Source of the DNA: Planctomycetota bacterium | GTDB lineage: Bacteria; Planctomycetota; UBA8108; SXIK01 | DNA: 64,000 nt | Assembly (NCBI GenBank): GCA_965223265.1 | Contig: OZ244999.1 | Coordinates: 3,968,001 to 4,032,000, forward strand | Reading direction: 5' to 3' | In this document: piece after piece, positions 8,228 through 18,101 of the stretch | Layout of the letters: each line of letters begins with the position of its first letter | Numbering within the stretch: the stretch's first letter is position 1 | Notes under the pieces: generated by a model | Told to the model about the DNA's origin: nothing | The model's input: the letters and a program-made list of their open reading frames with translations, nothing else | Database searches by the model: none | Program-made: the position numbers and the translations under genes

Positions 8228-9300
8228 GTACGAACGGCCATAGCGAGACCAGTCCCCCACCGAGCGCTCAGGAAGTCGAAGAGATCGTCAATGCGGCCGC
8301 GGCGGTGAGAGATCTCCGTACACAGTTAGCGCGGCGTATCGTCGGCCAACAGGGTGTGGTCACCGAGGTACTCGCGGCACTTCTCAGCGAAGGCCACTGC
8401 CTGATGGTGGGAGTCCCTGGTCTTGCGAAGACGCTCCTGATCAGCTCCATCGGCGAGTTGCTCAGCCTCAAATTCAACCGCATTCAGTTCACCCCCGACC
8501 TGATGCCATCCGACGTCACGGGCTCGACAATGATCGCAGCCGACGCCACCGGTCGTCGCTCGTTCCAGTTCGTCCGAGGACCGATCTTCGCCAATCTGAT
8601 TCTCGCGGATGAAATCAACCGCACGCCGCCGAAGACACAGGCAGCGCTCATGGAGGCGATGGAAGAAAGACAGGTCTCAAGCGGGGGCGAACACATGAAG
8701 CTCGAGCGGCCCTTTTTCGTCTTGGCGACGCAGAACCCGATCGAGCAGCAGGGCACGTACCCCTTGCCTGTTTCCCAGCTTGACCGCTTTCTCTTCAATG
8801 TGACGATCGACTATCCGCACGTTGACGAAGAGTTCCACATTGTCCTCAGAACGACATCGACCTACGCCGCCGCGATCAACCGATCGTTCGCAGCTGACGA
8901 CGTGCGGAGCTGGATCCGGCTGACCCGCCGGATCGAAGTACCTCAAGAGGTGGTAGCGTACGCCTCGCAGATCACGCGAGCAACACGCCCCGACGATGAG
9001 GCGGCGCCGGCGTTCGTGCGCGAACACGTCAGATTCGGCGCAGGGCCGCGCGGCACACAGTCGCTTCTCTCTGGTGCCCGAGCCCTCGCGCTCATGGAAG
9101 GTCGGCCGATTGTCCACTTCCGTGACGTGGATGCCGTCGCCTTGCCCACCCTTCGCCACCGCCTCATCCTCAGCTACCACGCTCGTGCCGAAGGAATCGC
9201 CCCGGATGATGCGGTCCGCAGCGTGCTTGCTTCCTTAGCGACACGTTACGCAGAGATCGTCCCAGCAGCGCCGGTGGGAGCGCGCGCCGAGCGCTCCTAA
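8224..9300 (+). CDS. MoxR family AAA+ ATPase
   Basis: GVPGLAKT, RIQFTPDLMPSD, LADEINRTPPKTQAALMEAMEE, ATQNPIEQQGTYPLP..QLDRF; ATGA overlap with mazG. Confidence 0.96.
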   Translation: MSTNGHSETSPPPSAQEVEEIVNAAAAVRDLRTQLARRIVGQQGVVTEVLAALLSEGHCLMVGVPGLAKTLLISSIGELLSLKFNRIQFTPDLMPSDVTGSTMIAADATGRRSFQFVRGPIFANLILADEINRTPPKTQAALMEAMEERQVSSGGEHMKLERPFFVLATQNPIEQQGTYPLPVSQLDRFLFNVTIDYPHVDEEFHIVLRTTSTYAAAINRSFAADDVRSWIRLTRRIEVPQEVVAYASQITRATRPDDEAAPAFVREHVRFGAGPRGTQSLLSGARALALMEGRPIVHFRDVDAVALPTLRHRLILSYHARAEGIAPDDAVRSVLASLATRYAEIVPAAPVGARAERS

Positions 9301-9331
9301 CCTCGAGTTTGACGGCTGCTAAGACACACTG

Positions 9332-11665
9332 CTACGACTTCGTGCCGATCGTGGTCGGGTCAACCGTTTCGGTCTCCGTGCCGCTAGCAGACTCTTCGCT
9401 CGTGGCGCTCTCCGGCCGATAGCGCAGCACGAACGCAATGACATCGCGCGCACACGCCTCGCAGTAGCCGTAGTTTTCGTTCATGTTGCAAAGAGCGTGC
9501 TCGACTTGGCGTTTGTCCTGGTCCGACAGGAGTTCAAACTCGTCGGTGCCAAACTTCAGGATGTCTTCCTCGATCAACGTCAGCAGACGATTGCGCTCCT
9601 TGTAGAAATTGTCACGCAGCGCCGAATGGATCTCAGGGAACAGCGCCTGATAGTCGATCGCGTCCTTCGGATGGTCCAAAGACCACGCAGCGATGCGCGT
9701 GATGACCTGCGACCGGAACTTGTCCTTCGACTCCTTCAAATCGAGCAGTTTCTCGATCGATCCCATGAGCTCCTCATTGGGGGAGTCGTAACTATCCGTC
9801 GTCGAGTTAAAGACCTTCTCGCCAGTGTGAAAAGCCTTCACGTGACGGAAATACTCGAGGAAGACCCGGGTATACTCTTTGACGTCTATGAGTTCGATCG
9901 ACTCGTAGACCTCCTTGGTCACTGAGCCGAGATACTCTTCGCGCACGTCCTGCAAAAACTTGTGGACGTCGTGATAACCGCCGTCGGGCGGCAAACGGAG
10001 AAAGTCGTACAGGCTTGAGTCTTTCAGTAGTTCCTCTAGCGCTTCGAACACAGCCATCGGGGTCAAGCACTTGAACTTTGGACTCTCCGCCGCGCGTGAA
10101 AGAATCGTGATCATCTCACGCGGCGACGCGCCGCGGCGACCTTCGTACTCAGGTCCGACGATGCCCTCGAACTCCCCCTCCACATCCTCGTACTCCTGAC
10201 GGACATTGATCACACCGCCGCGAAGAATCTGGCGCTCACTCTCACTGAGCCGTGTGGGCGCTTCCCCAGAGTCATATAGCCGCGCTTTTTCAAACGGTGT
10301 GAGGGAGGCCACGATTTGGCCCAAAGGACCGTCGTACCGTTCCGAATTGGGCCGACAAAGCCTCGTAAGCACCGCCCACATCGCAGCGACTTCAGCGGTG
10401 TGGGGAGTGACGTGGCGCTCACGTGCGCAGAGTTGGATCTGACGCTCGTAGAGACGCTGCTCGGCGCTGTACCTCAGCAGATAGGGTACGGCCACAAGTT
10501 CGATGCGAGCTTTGAAGCTTGAAAAGTCGGGGCTTCGTTTGAACAGATTGAGTTGTTTCTCGTTCGACGTACCGACGATGACGAGATCCAGGTAGGCGAT
10601 ACAGTTCGGAAGGCTCACGGTGCCGCGTTCGCACGTCGTCAGCAAATACTTGTTGGCCTCCATCGGCCGCTTCAGAAAATCGCTGTACTCCAGAATACCG
10701 CGATTGGCATCGACGATATCGCCGAGCGGTTCGTAGAGGCTGATGTTCTTCAGAAGCCCGGGGATACTCCATGCGTTGTCGCCCTGAATGGAGCGGACGT
10801 TGGCGTCAACATTTCCTTGAGGTTCGATGCTCGCGGCGCCTTGCCGGTATCGCTTGGAGATGAAGAATCGCTCGACCTGGACGTGGCGCACAACCTTGCG
10901 CCAATCGCCTTGATACGCCATCAAAAGCGCGTCGTAGATTCGTCGGCACTTCTGACAGAGCTCGTTTTCGAGATAGTGGTCATAATTGTATTTGGGCTTG
11001 AACTCGGGAGCGCAGCCGTCGACTGCACTGCGGATCAGGTCAGCGCGAATCGCCGTCGGGATGAGAAAAATCGGTGAATCGCAAAGTTCACACGGAATCT
11101 TCGAGCTAACGTCCTTCTCGTCGAGATGGGCGTACGACTGAGCACCCTCGAGGTCGTCGTCGAGCCCGGTCTGCGCCTCGAACCCTATGCGTCCGAGACG
11201 GTTCTCGCGCTCGGTGAAAACCCATGCAAATTTAACGAGAGCACCAGCTTCGCTCTTCGAATACTCCTCGAGTCCGCGAATGAGGCATTCGACGACCGTC
11301 GTCTTCCCCGATCCGTTCGGGCCACGCAGGAGCAGCATTTTGCCTGCCTTGCCGCGCTTCGCCGCCGCCAACAGGTTCCGATAGATCTCCTGCTGGACAC
11401 GCTCCTGCCCCACCAGCTCGATATCGGAACCCGTAGTGGCGTCGAAAACGCGGTAGCGCACGGCCTCCTGGCCAACGCGCTGTGCGTCACGAGTACCGAA
11501 CGACTCCATCATGTCCAGGAGATACTGCGGCGACGTGCGCAAGTACAGCCCGGGCGCACGCATGAAATCCTCGAGAAACTCCGCGAACGACCGCACGCGG
11601 TCAGCGCTCTGGAAGCGCCCACTCACCTGCTCATGAATCTCATCGATGAGCTGATCGACATTCAT
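9332..11665 (-). CDS. prkA: PrkA/YeaG family serine protein kinase (AAA-type)
   Basis: LLRGPNGSGKTT, ANRGILEYSDFLKRP, RIELVAVPYLL, EGRRGASPRE, YGYCEACA; start trimmed to ATG 11665. Confidence 0.88.
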   Translation of the reverse strand: MNVDQLIDEIHEQVSGRFQSADRVRSFAEFLEDFMRAPGLYLRTSPQYLLDMMESFGTRDAQRVGQEAVRYRVFDATTGSDIELVGQERVQQEIYRNLLAAAKRGKAGKMLLLRGPNGSGKTTVVECLIRGLEEYSKSEAGALVKFAWVFTERENRLGRIGFEAQTGLDDDLEGAQSYAHLDEKDVSSKIPCELCDSPIFLIPTAIRADLIRSAVDGCAPEFKPKYNYDHYLENELCQKCRRIYDALLMAYQGDWRKVVRHVQVERFFISKRYRQGAASIEPQGNVDANVRSIQGDNAWSIPGLLKNISLYEPLGDIVDANRGILEYSDFLKRPMEANKYLLTTCERGTVSLPNCIAYLDLVIVGTSNEKQLNLFKRSPDFSSFKARIELVAVPYLLRYSAEQRLYERQIQLCARERHVTPHTAEVAAMWAVLTRLCRPNSERYDGPLGQIVASLTPFEKARLYDSGEAPTRLSESERQILRGGVINVRQEYEDVEGEFEGIVGPEYEGRRGASPREMITILSRAAESPKFKCLTPMAVFEALEELLKDSSLYDFLRLPPDGGYHDVHKFLQDVREEYLGSVTKEVYESIELIDVKEYTRVFLEYFRHVKAFHTGEKVFNSTTDSYDSPNEELMGSIEKLLDLKESKDKFRSQVITRIAAWSLDHPKDAIDYQALFPEIHSALRDNFYKERNRLLTLIEEDILKFGTDEFELLSDQDKRQVEHALCNMNENYGYCEACARDVIAFVLRYRPESATSEESASGTETETVDPTTIGTKS

Positions 11666-11758
11666 AAGATCACTTCGAACTGGTTGGGCTCGGACGACGG
11701 GACGCGGGCAACGGTACGACTCGGAGTGTCTTCGGAACGCAGCGCGCACGAGTCAATG

Positions 11759-11810
11759 CCGAAATCATCGTCCGAAATCATCGTCCGAAATCACGCTCCG
11801 AAACTTCAGC
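11759..11810. repeat. 13-bp periodic repeat CCGAAATCATCGT (2 perfect plus 2 degenerate)
   Basis: Read directly upstream of prkA; the same word recurs at 42428-42442. Confidence 0.85.
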
Positions 11811-12052
11811 GACCGGCGATGCGTCCGTCGCTCCCCTCACCGCCAGACGAGCGGACAGGCTCTCTTCATTCTTCATCTTCGTCAATTCATCTTACTGCCC
11901 ACAACAGCTCATGCGTGAAAAACGGTTCCCAAAAACACGCAGGCTCTCACACTGGCCTCCAACGTGACTAAGTCTCCTCTCGGCGCGCCCCAGCAGGACG
12001 TCGCCAGCGTCATCGGCGGTGCATGAATCGAAGCGCCGCCCAACGCCGCCGG

Positions 12053-13954
12053 TCAAGACTCCGACCCCTCTTCCTTGGCGTAAATTCGGAGCTTTTGGTA
12101 GAGGGTCTCGCGCGAAATTCCAAGAATCGTCGCAGCCTTCGCCTTGTTGCCGTCCACCTCGTCGAGGACGCGTCGAATGTACTGCTTCTCGACTTCTGCG
12201 ATCGTCTTGAGGCGGAAGATCATCTTGCCCCGTCCCTTCTTGCGGACGTGCGGCGGCAGGTCGGAGGGCGTGATCCTTTTGCCATCGCCAAGCACGATCG
12301 CCTGCTCCAAAACGTTCCGAAGCTCACGGACGTTGCCAGGCCAATGATAGGTTCGTAGACATTCCTTAGCTGCCTTTGTGAGGGTGATCGCCTGCGGCCC
12401 TTCGCCGAGAAAATGGCCGGCAATTTCGATGACGTCGTCACCCCGCTCACGAAGTGGTGGCACCTCAATCGTCACCACGGCAAGACGGAAAAAGAGGTCT
12501 TCTCGGAACGAGCCATCTTCGATCGAACGCTGAAGGTCACGGTTCGTTGCCGAGACGACTCGAATGTCGACGGACACTTCGTTTTGGCCGCCAACACGGT
12601 AGAAACACCTCTCTTGCAGGGCGCGGAGAATCTTCACCTGCATGTCCAGCGGCATGTCGCCTATTTCATCGAGAAACAGCGTGCCACCACTCGCCATGTC
12701 GAACTTCCCGACGGCCGACTGCACTGCCCCCGTAAACGCACCCTTCTCGTGACCGAAGAGTTCACTCTCGACGAGATGGTGGGGAATCGCGGCACAGTTC
12801 ACGGCGACGAACGGTTGATCCTTCCGCGCCGAACGGTTGTGGATGGCACGCGCGACGAGCTCTTTGCCGGTGCCATTCTCGCCGGTAATCAATACCGATG
12901 CATCACGCGGCGCGACCTTCTCGACGAGCTCCAGTACGCCTCGCATCCGCTCACCCGAACCGATCAGCTCCTGGCGTCCACCGACGAGGCTCCTGAGTTG
13001 CTCGTTCTCACGTCTGAGACGAAAACTGTTGGCGAGGCTCTCGAGGCTGACGCCACCAATTCGCCCGACAGCACTGACGAACTCAAGGTCGCCACGGTCA
13101 AGCTGTGGGCCACGAATGCCGCGCGTGTCGACGTAGATCAAGCCGAGGACCCGATCCAGTCGTGCGATGGGGACGCAGACGAATGACCGGATGTTGAGGT
13201 CGATCACACTGGCGCCGAAGTCGTTGTGATCGGGTACGTCACGAACGAGGACGGCGTGTCGCTCCCGTTGAATGTGGCGCAGGATACTCTCGCTCATCTC
13301 GAGCGTCGTCGCTTCCTTTCCCTGCTCGGGGTCCCAGAATCGAATCACATTCAACGACTCTGGGTCAAAACCCTCGCTCGCGAGCGTCGCCACAAACCCG
13401 CGCTCGGCGCCCGTCCCGTCCATGGCCGTCGCCAAAAGGGCGTCATACACGTCTTCTGCGTCCGCAGCGCTGAGGAGGCTCTCGGAGAGCGAATAGAGAC
13501 CTGACAGTCGGTCGTAATACCTCTCAGCCGCCTCGAGGTTGCGAAAGTCTGGCTTCTCAACCCTAACAGTGGCAGCCTCGAGACTGATCGCCCCGGTATC
13601 AGAGTCGAAACTCGGCGACTCGCCTGGCACAACGCGCACAGCCGCCGTCTCGGCGACGTCGTTTTCGAACACCATCTCGGTCTGACCAATCGAGATGTGG
13701 TCGCCAAAGGTCAGCGTCTTTCCTCCCCTGACCTCCTCGCCGTTGATGCGGATGGGGTTTTTTCCGCCGACATCGCGAATCGTTGCGATCTTGCCGTCGG
13801 TCTCAATCAACGCGTGGTGACGGGATACCAGCGAATCGTGCAGCACGATGGCATTGTCAACGCTGCGCCCGATGCCTAGCTGCCCTTTAGCGAGGGGATA
13901 GACACCGGCGCTGGAGCCGCTGCCCTTGCTGGTGAGAATCCGAATTCTTGGCAT
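12053..13954 (-). CDS. FHA-GAF-AAA+-Fis sigma54-dependent transcriptional activator
   Basis: N-terminal FHA (IGRS..N...VSRHHA), GAF (IRSFVCVPI...GLIYVD), [37 protein letters not shown]-terminal [21 protein letters not shown]. Confidence 0.95.
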   Translation of the reverse strand: MPRIRILTSKGSGSSAGVYPLAKGQLGIGRSVDNAIVLHDSLVSRHHALIETDGKIATIRDVGGKNPIRINGEEVRGGKTLTFGDHISIGQTEMVFENDVAETAAVRVVPGESPSFDSDTGAISLEAATVRVEKPDFRNLEAAERYYDRLSGLYSLSESLLSAADAEDVYDALLATAMDGTGAERGFVATLASEGFDPESLNVIRFWDPEQGKEATTLEMSESILRHIQRERHAVLVRDVPDHNDFGASVIDLNIRSFVCVPIARLDRVLGLIYVDTRGIRGPQLDRGDLEFVSAVGRIGGVSLESLANSFRLRRENEQLRSLVGGRQELIGSGERMRGVLELVEKVAPRDASVLITGENGTGKELVARAIHNRSARKDQPFVAVNCAAIPHHLVESELFGHEKGAFTGAVQSAVGKFDMASGGTLFLDEIGDMPLDMQVKILRALQERCFYRVGGQNEVSVDIRVVSATNRDLQRSIEDGSFREDLFFRLAVVTIEVPPLRERGDDVIEIAGHFLGEGPQAITLTKAAKECLRTYHWPGNVRELRNVLEQAIVLGDGKRITPSDLPPHVRKKGRGKMIFRLKTIAEVEKQYIRRVLDEVDGNKAKAATILGISRETLYQKLRIYAKEEGSES

Positions 13955-14120
13955 AACAGCCCGCCTGAAAAAGTCATTCGGCCGAGAAACTGGCCTCTTC
14001 ACGCCCAGCTCGACCGACGTCAATACTCGATAATCCCGAAGATTGCCTGCGTTTGCCGCGGCCGATCTGGAAGCGAAGCGACCAGTTTTCGACTCGAAGC
14101 ACTATTTCAACAGGCTGATA
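13954..14120. mobile_element. MITE-like palindromic element, copy 1
   Basis: TAACAGCCCGCCTGAAAAAGT...ACTATTTCAACAGGCTGATA; closely similar to 54739-54904; left end overlaps the activator ATG. Confidence 0.85.
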
Positions 14121-14448
14121 AACGTTCGAGTCCACTGGTGTCCCGAGAGTCAGGCATCTGTTTCACGAGACGCGGACGGGACAGCGACAACGATCGCCGC
14201 GGTGGCGACAAATCGCCAGGTCGTACGAATTCATCACGGCTGGAGTTGAGACCAGGGCCCCAGCGGAGATCCGCATCCCCCACTGGCGTATTATTTTACA
14301 ACCGCACGTCGGGAAGTCAAAAGGCTCTGCGGCGGGACTTCCTCGAGGGCGCGTGTTAGGCTCTCTTAGGCGCTTCGCCCGCCCTGATTCTTGCGGCAGG
14401 CGACCGGCCGCCGGTCGTCCCGACTTTCTCAGCCCAGCCGGAGGACGC

Positions 14449-15795
14449 ATGACGCCCGCTACGCTCGAGCAGCTCCCAGCCCCTCACTCTGTTCACAAGC
14501 TGATTCGTCAACACATGATCGGCGACGGCTTCCCGATCGTTTTCGACCTCGAGCGCTCGCACGGAGCATGGATCGTCGACGGCGAGACCGGCGACGAGTT
14601 CCTCGATTTCTACAGTTTCTTTGCGAGTCTGCCGCTCGGGTTTCATCACGAAGCATTCTACGCGCCAAAGAACCGTGAACGTCTCTTCGCAGCGGCGCTC
14701 CACAAGACGGCAAATTCAGACGCGCACAGCGCTGAGCTGGCCGCGTTCTTGGACTGCTTCGCACGCGAAGCGATGCCCACTCCCATGCGGCACCTCTTCT
14801 TCATCGAAGGCGGGGCTCTGGCAGTGGAAAACGCGCTCAAAACTGCGTTCGACTGGAAGGTTCGCCGCAATCTCGCAGCCGGCCGAGGCGAGCTCGGTCG
14901 CCAGATCGCCCACTTCCGTCAGGCTTTTCACGGCCGCAGCGGGTACACACTCTCGCTGACCAACACGGACCCCGTGAAAACGCAGCACTTTCCTAAATTC
15001 GATTGGCCGCGAATTCATAACCCGCATCTAAAGTTTCCGATCGACGCCGCGGAAGTCGAGCGCGTTTCGGCCGACGAGGATCGCGCCGTAGCCGAGCTGC
15101 GAGAGGCGTTTTCGACCCATCGCCACGACATCGCAGCGATCATCATCGAACCGATTCAGGGTGAAGGCGGCGACCACCACTTTCGAGCCGAGTTCTTCGC
15201 CAAGCTGCGTCAGATCGCGGACGAGGAGGAGGCGCTTCTCATCTTTGACGAAGTCCAAAGCGGCTTCGGCATCACCGGCCAGTTCTGGGCTTACCAGCAC
15301 TTTGGTGTCACGCCCGACATCCTCTGTTTTGGAAAGAAGAGCCAGGTTTGCGGCATTATGGCCGGCCCACGCGTTGACGAGGTTCCCGACAATGTCTTCG
15401 CGGTCTCGTCGCGGATCAACTCGACGTGGGGCGGCGGCCTCGTCGATATGGTGCGATGTCAGATCATCCTCGACGTCATGCGCCGTGAGCGATCGGTCGA
15501 GAACGCGGCGACAGTCGGCGACGAACTCGTCGCGGGTCTCCGCGACCTGGAGGCGGAGTTCGCGGAGCTGGTGAGCAACAGTCGCGGCCGTGGTCTCTTT
15601 TGCGCCTTCGACCTACCCGACAGCGAGACGCGCGCCAAATTTCTTGCGGAGACGACCAAACAACGATTGCTGATCCTTCCTTGCGGCGTTTCGGCGGTGC
15701 GCGTGCGCCCGCCGCTGACTTTGACGAGCGAGGAGGCCGTGATAGGACTCCAGCGCATTCGCACGGCACTGGAGACGGTCGCCGCCACTCAATGA
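14449..15795 (+). CDS. lat: L-lysine 6-transaminase (class III aminotransferase)
   Basis: FDLERSHGAW, FFIEGGALAVENALKTAFDWK, FHGRSGYTLSLTNT, EPIQGEGGD, FDEVQSG, FGKKSQVCG, SSRINSTWGG; GGAGG SD. Confidence 0.93.
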   Translation: MTPATLEQLPAPHSVHKLIRQHMIGDGFPIVFDLERSHGAWIVDGETGDEFLDFYSFFASLPLGFHHEAFYAPKNRERLFAAALHKTANSDAHSAELAAFLDCFAREAMPTPMRHLFFIEGGALAVENALKTAFDWKVRRNLAAGRGELGRQIAHFRQAFHGRSGYTLSLTNTDPVKTQHFPKFDWPRIHNPHLKFPIDAAEVERVSADEDRAVAELREAFSTHRHDIAAIIIEPIQGEGGDHHFRAEFFAKLRQIADEEEALLIFDEVQSGFGITGQFWAYQHFGVTPDILCFGKKSQVCGIMAGPRVDEVPDNVFAVSSRINSTWGGGLVDMVRCQIILDVMRRERSVENAATVGDELVAGLRDLEAEFAELVSNSRGRGLFCAFDLPDSETRAKFLAETTKQRLLILPCGVSAVRVRPPLTLTSEEAVIGLQRIRTALETVAATQ

Positions 15796-15855
15796 CTCTG
15801 CGCGCGCTGCGCCATGCGCAGCTCTTGCAGATGTCGCTTCCCGTCGCAGCAGAAT

Positions 15856-17025
15856 TCAGCTAAACGCAGACTCGCCGGTGATGTCGGCTCCCATGACGAG
15901 CGTATGGATGTCGTGCGTCCCTTCGTACGTCTTCACTGTCTCAAGATTCATCAGGTGGCGCCCCACTTGATATTCGAGCGTGATTCCATTCGCCCCGAGG
16001 ATGTCGCGGGCCTGCCGCGCGATGTCGAGCGCAACCGCGACGTTGTTCCTCTTCGCCATGGACACCATCTGATGCCGGTCGCGGCCCGACTCCTTGAGAC
16101 GGGAGAGACGATAGGCAAGCAGCTGCGCCTTCGTGATCTCCGTCAGCATGTCGACCAGTTTTGCTTGCACGAGCTGAAATGATGCGATGGGACGATCGAA
16201 CTGGATCCGCTCCTTCGCATAGTTTAACGCCTCCGTGTAACAAGCCACGGCGGCGCCGATGGCTCCCCAGGCGATCCCAGCTCGGGCCTGATTAAGGCAG
16301 GCGAGCGCCGACTTCAGTCCTTGCACGTTCGGCAGGCGGTCGGAGGCCGCAATGCGACAGTCGTCGAAATGCAGCTCCGATGTGATCGACGCGCACAGGC
16401 TCCACTTGCGTTTTTGCTGCGTCGTCGAGAATCCCGGCGCGCCTTTAGGGACCAGGAACCCAGCCACCTCGTCCTCGAGACGCGCCCACACGATCGCCAC
16501 ATCCGCGACCGAGCCGTTCGTGATCCACATCTTGTTGCCGCTGAGAACGTAGCTGTCGCCGTCGCGTTGAGCTCGCGTCTGCAAACCGGCGGGATTGGAG
16601 CCGAAGTCTGGTTCTGTCAGGCCAAAGCAGCCGATGGACTCCCCGCGCGCCATGGCTGGGAGCCAACGCTCCTTTTGCTCATCAGAGCCAAAGGCATGGA
16701 TCGCGTACATGGCGAGCGAGCCTTGGACGCTCACGAAACTTCGCAGCCCAGAGTCACCGCGCTCGAGTTCCTGCAACACGAGCCCGTACGCCACGGGTCC
16801 AAGTCCGGCACAGCCGTACCCGTCAAGCGAGGCGCCAAGAACTCCAAGCTGAGCTAAATCGGGAACGAGCTCACTGGGAAATCGCTCCTCCGCAAAACAA
16901 TCGCCAATCATCGGCAGGACCTTGTCGTCGACAAAATCACGCACCGATTGACGAATCAAGCGCTCCTCGTCAGAGAGAAGCTCATCGATCAACAAGTAGT
17001 CAGGAGGTTGAAACGGTGACGCCAC
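15856..17025 (-). CDS. gcdH: Glutaryl-CoA dehydrogenase family acyl-CoA dehydrogenase
   Basis: ELERGDSGLRSFVSVQGSL, GCFGLTEPDFGSNP, LNQARAGIAWGA, RHLMNLETVKTYEGTHDIH; GTG 17025 preceded by GAGGAG. Confidence 0.88.
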   Translation of the reverse strand: MASPFQPPDYLLIDELLSDEERLIRQSVRDFVDDKVLPMIGDCFAEERFPSELVPDLAQLGVLGASLDGYGCAGLGPVAYGLVLQELERGDSGLRSFVSVQGSLAMYAIHAFGSDEQKERWLPAMARGESIGCFGLTEPDFGSNPAGLQTRAQRDGDSYVLSGNKMWITNGSVADVAIVWARLEDEVAGFLVPKGAPGFSTTQQKRKWSLCASITSELHFDDCRIAASDRLPNVQGLKSALACLNQARAGIAWGAIGAAVACYTEALNYAKERIQFDRPIASFQLVQAKLVDMLTEITKAQLLAYRLSRLKESGRDRHQMVSMAKRNNVAVALDIARQARDILGANGITLEYQVGRHLMNLETVKTYEGTHDIHTLVMGADITGESAFS

Positions 17026-17193
17026 GCGGCTCCTCTCGGCGGCAGGGAGTAGTCGGCTGCGACAATGGGCTACGCTCGAAGACTCCGCGATCGGTCTGTG
17101 ATGTCCGGAGGTTTCCATTTCTGGCCTCCGAGCGAGCCCCCCTAACTGAGAGACTCTCAGCTCGCGGGCGGAATCGTGAGCCGTGAGAAAAAA

Positions 17194-17268
<75 letters not shown>

Positions 17269-17316
17269 ATTCTATCAAATGAGGACCGACTGCCGTCTGG
17301 TCGCTTTTCATCTTCG

Positions 17317-17389
17317 TGAGAGCTGAAGGACTCGAACCTTCGACCCACGCCTTAAAAGGGCGTTGCTCTACCGACTGAGCTAAGCTCCC
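17317..17389 (-). tRNA. tRNA-Lys(TTT)
   Basis: GGGAGCTTAGCTCAGTCGGTAGAGCAACGCCCTTTTAAGGCGTGGGTCGAAGGTTCGAGTCCTTCAGCTCTCA. Confidence 0.97.
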
Positions 17390-17404
17390 GAATCATGGTG
17401 CTAC

Positions 17405-17432
17405 ATGTTAGCTACGGCGCACGATTTGTCTA
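17405..17432 (-). promoter_or_regulatory. sigma70 promoter of the tRNA-Lys/Glu unit
   Basis: TAGACA-N16-TAACAT upstream of tRNA-Lys. Confidence 0.55.
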
Positions 17433-17542
17433 CAGAAAATCGCTGCCGCCGCTGGCTCGCCACACGCGTCGTGAAGAGGCCCCGGCCGAGCCGTCTGCAG
17501 CGTCACCGCGGACGCGTTCATACTCACGACGTTAGCGGCGGA

Positions 17543-18097
17543 TCAGAAGCTGGTGAGCTCGTCGGCCTTTTCTTTCAGCATCTGGTCGATCTTTTTTTCG
17601 TACGTCTTCACCAGGTCCTGCACTTCTTCCTTGAGCGCCTTGACGTCGTCTTCCGACATCGTCTTTGCGATCTCATCGGCGTTCTTGTTGGCGTCTCGGC
17701 GAATGTTCCGCACGGCGACGCGCGACTCTTCGGCGGTTTCCTTGGCGCGCTGTGCCAATTGTTTCCGCCGCTCCTGACTCAGTGGCGGCACCTGCAGCCG
17801 GATGACCTTGCCGTCGTTCGAGGGATGAATGCCGACGTCAGATTTCATGATCGACTTCTCGATCTCGCCGAGCGCGCCCGGATCGAACGGCTTGATCAGG
17901 ATCAGATCGGCCTCGGGAGCTGAGATGTTCGCAAGCTGCTTCAGTGGCGTGGGCGTCCCGTAGTAGTCGACGCGGACTCCCTCCACGAGACCAGGCGACG
18001 CGCGCCCGGTCCGCATGCTATGAAACTTGTCGCGCAACACGTCGCACGCTTTCTGCATGCGCTCGTCCGCGTCCAAAACGATGGTCTCATAGTCCAT
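17543..18097 (-). CDS. frr: Ribosome recycling factor
   Basis: RTGRASP..VDYYG, PSNDGKVIRL, PPLSQERRK, RNIRRDAN. Confidence 0.97.
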   Translation of the reverse strand: MDYETIVLDADERMQKACDVLRDKFHSMRTGRASPGLVEGVRVDYYGTPTPLKQLANISAPEADLILIKPFDPGALGEIEKSIMKSDVGIHPSNDGKVIRLQVPPLSQERRKQLAQRAKETAEESRVAVRNIRRDANKNADEIAKTMSEDDVKALKEEVQDLVKTYEKKIDQMLKEKADELTSF

Positions 18098-18101
18098 GGA
18101 T

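Noticed and set aside
11666-12052. sigma54 promoter for prkA
   Set aside because: No GG-N10-GC with a convincing consensus found by eye; only a weak ECF-like GGAACC motif
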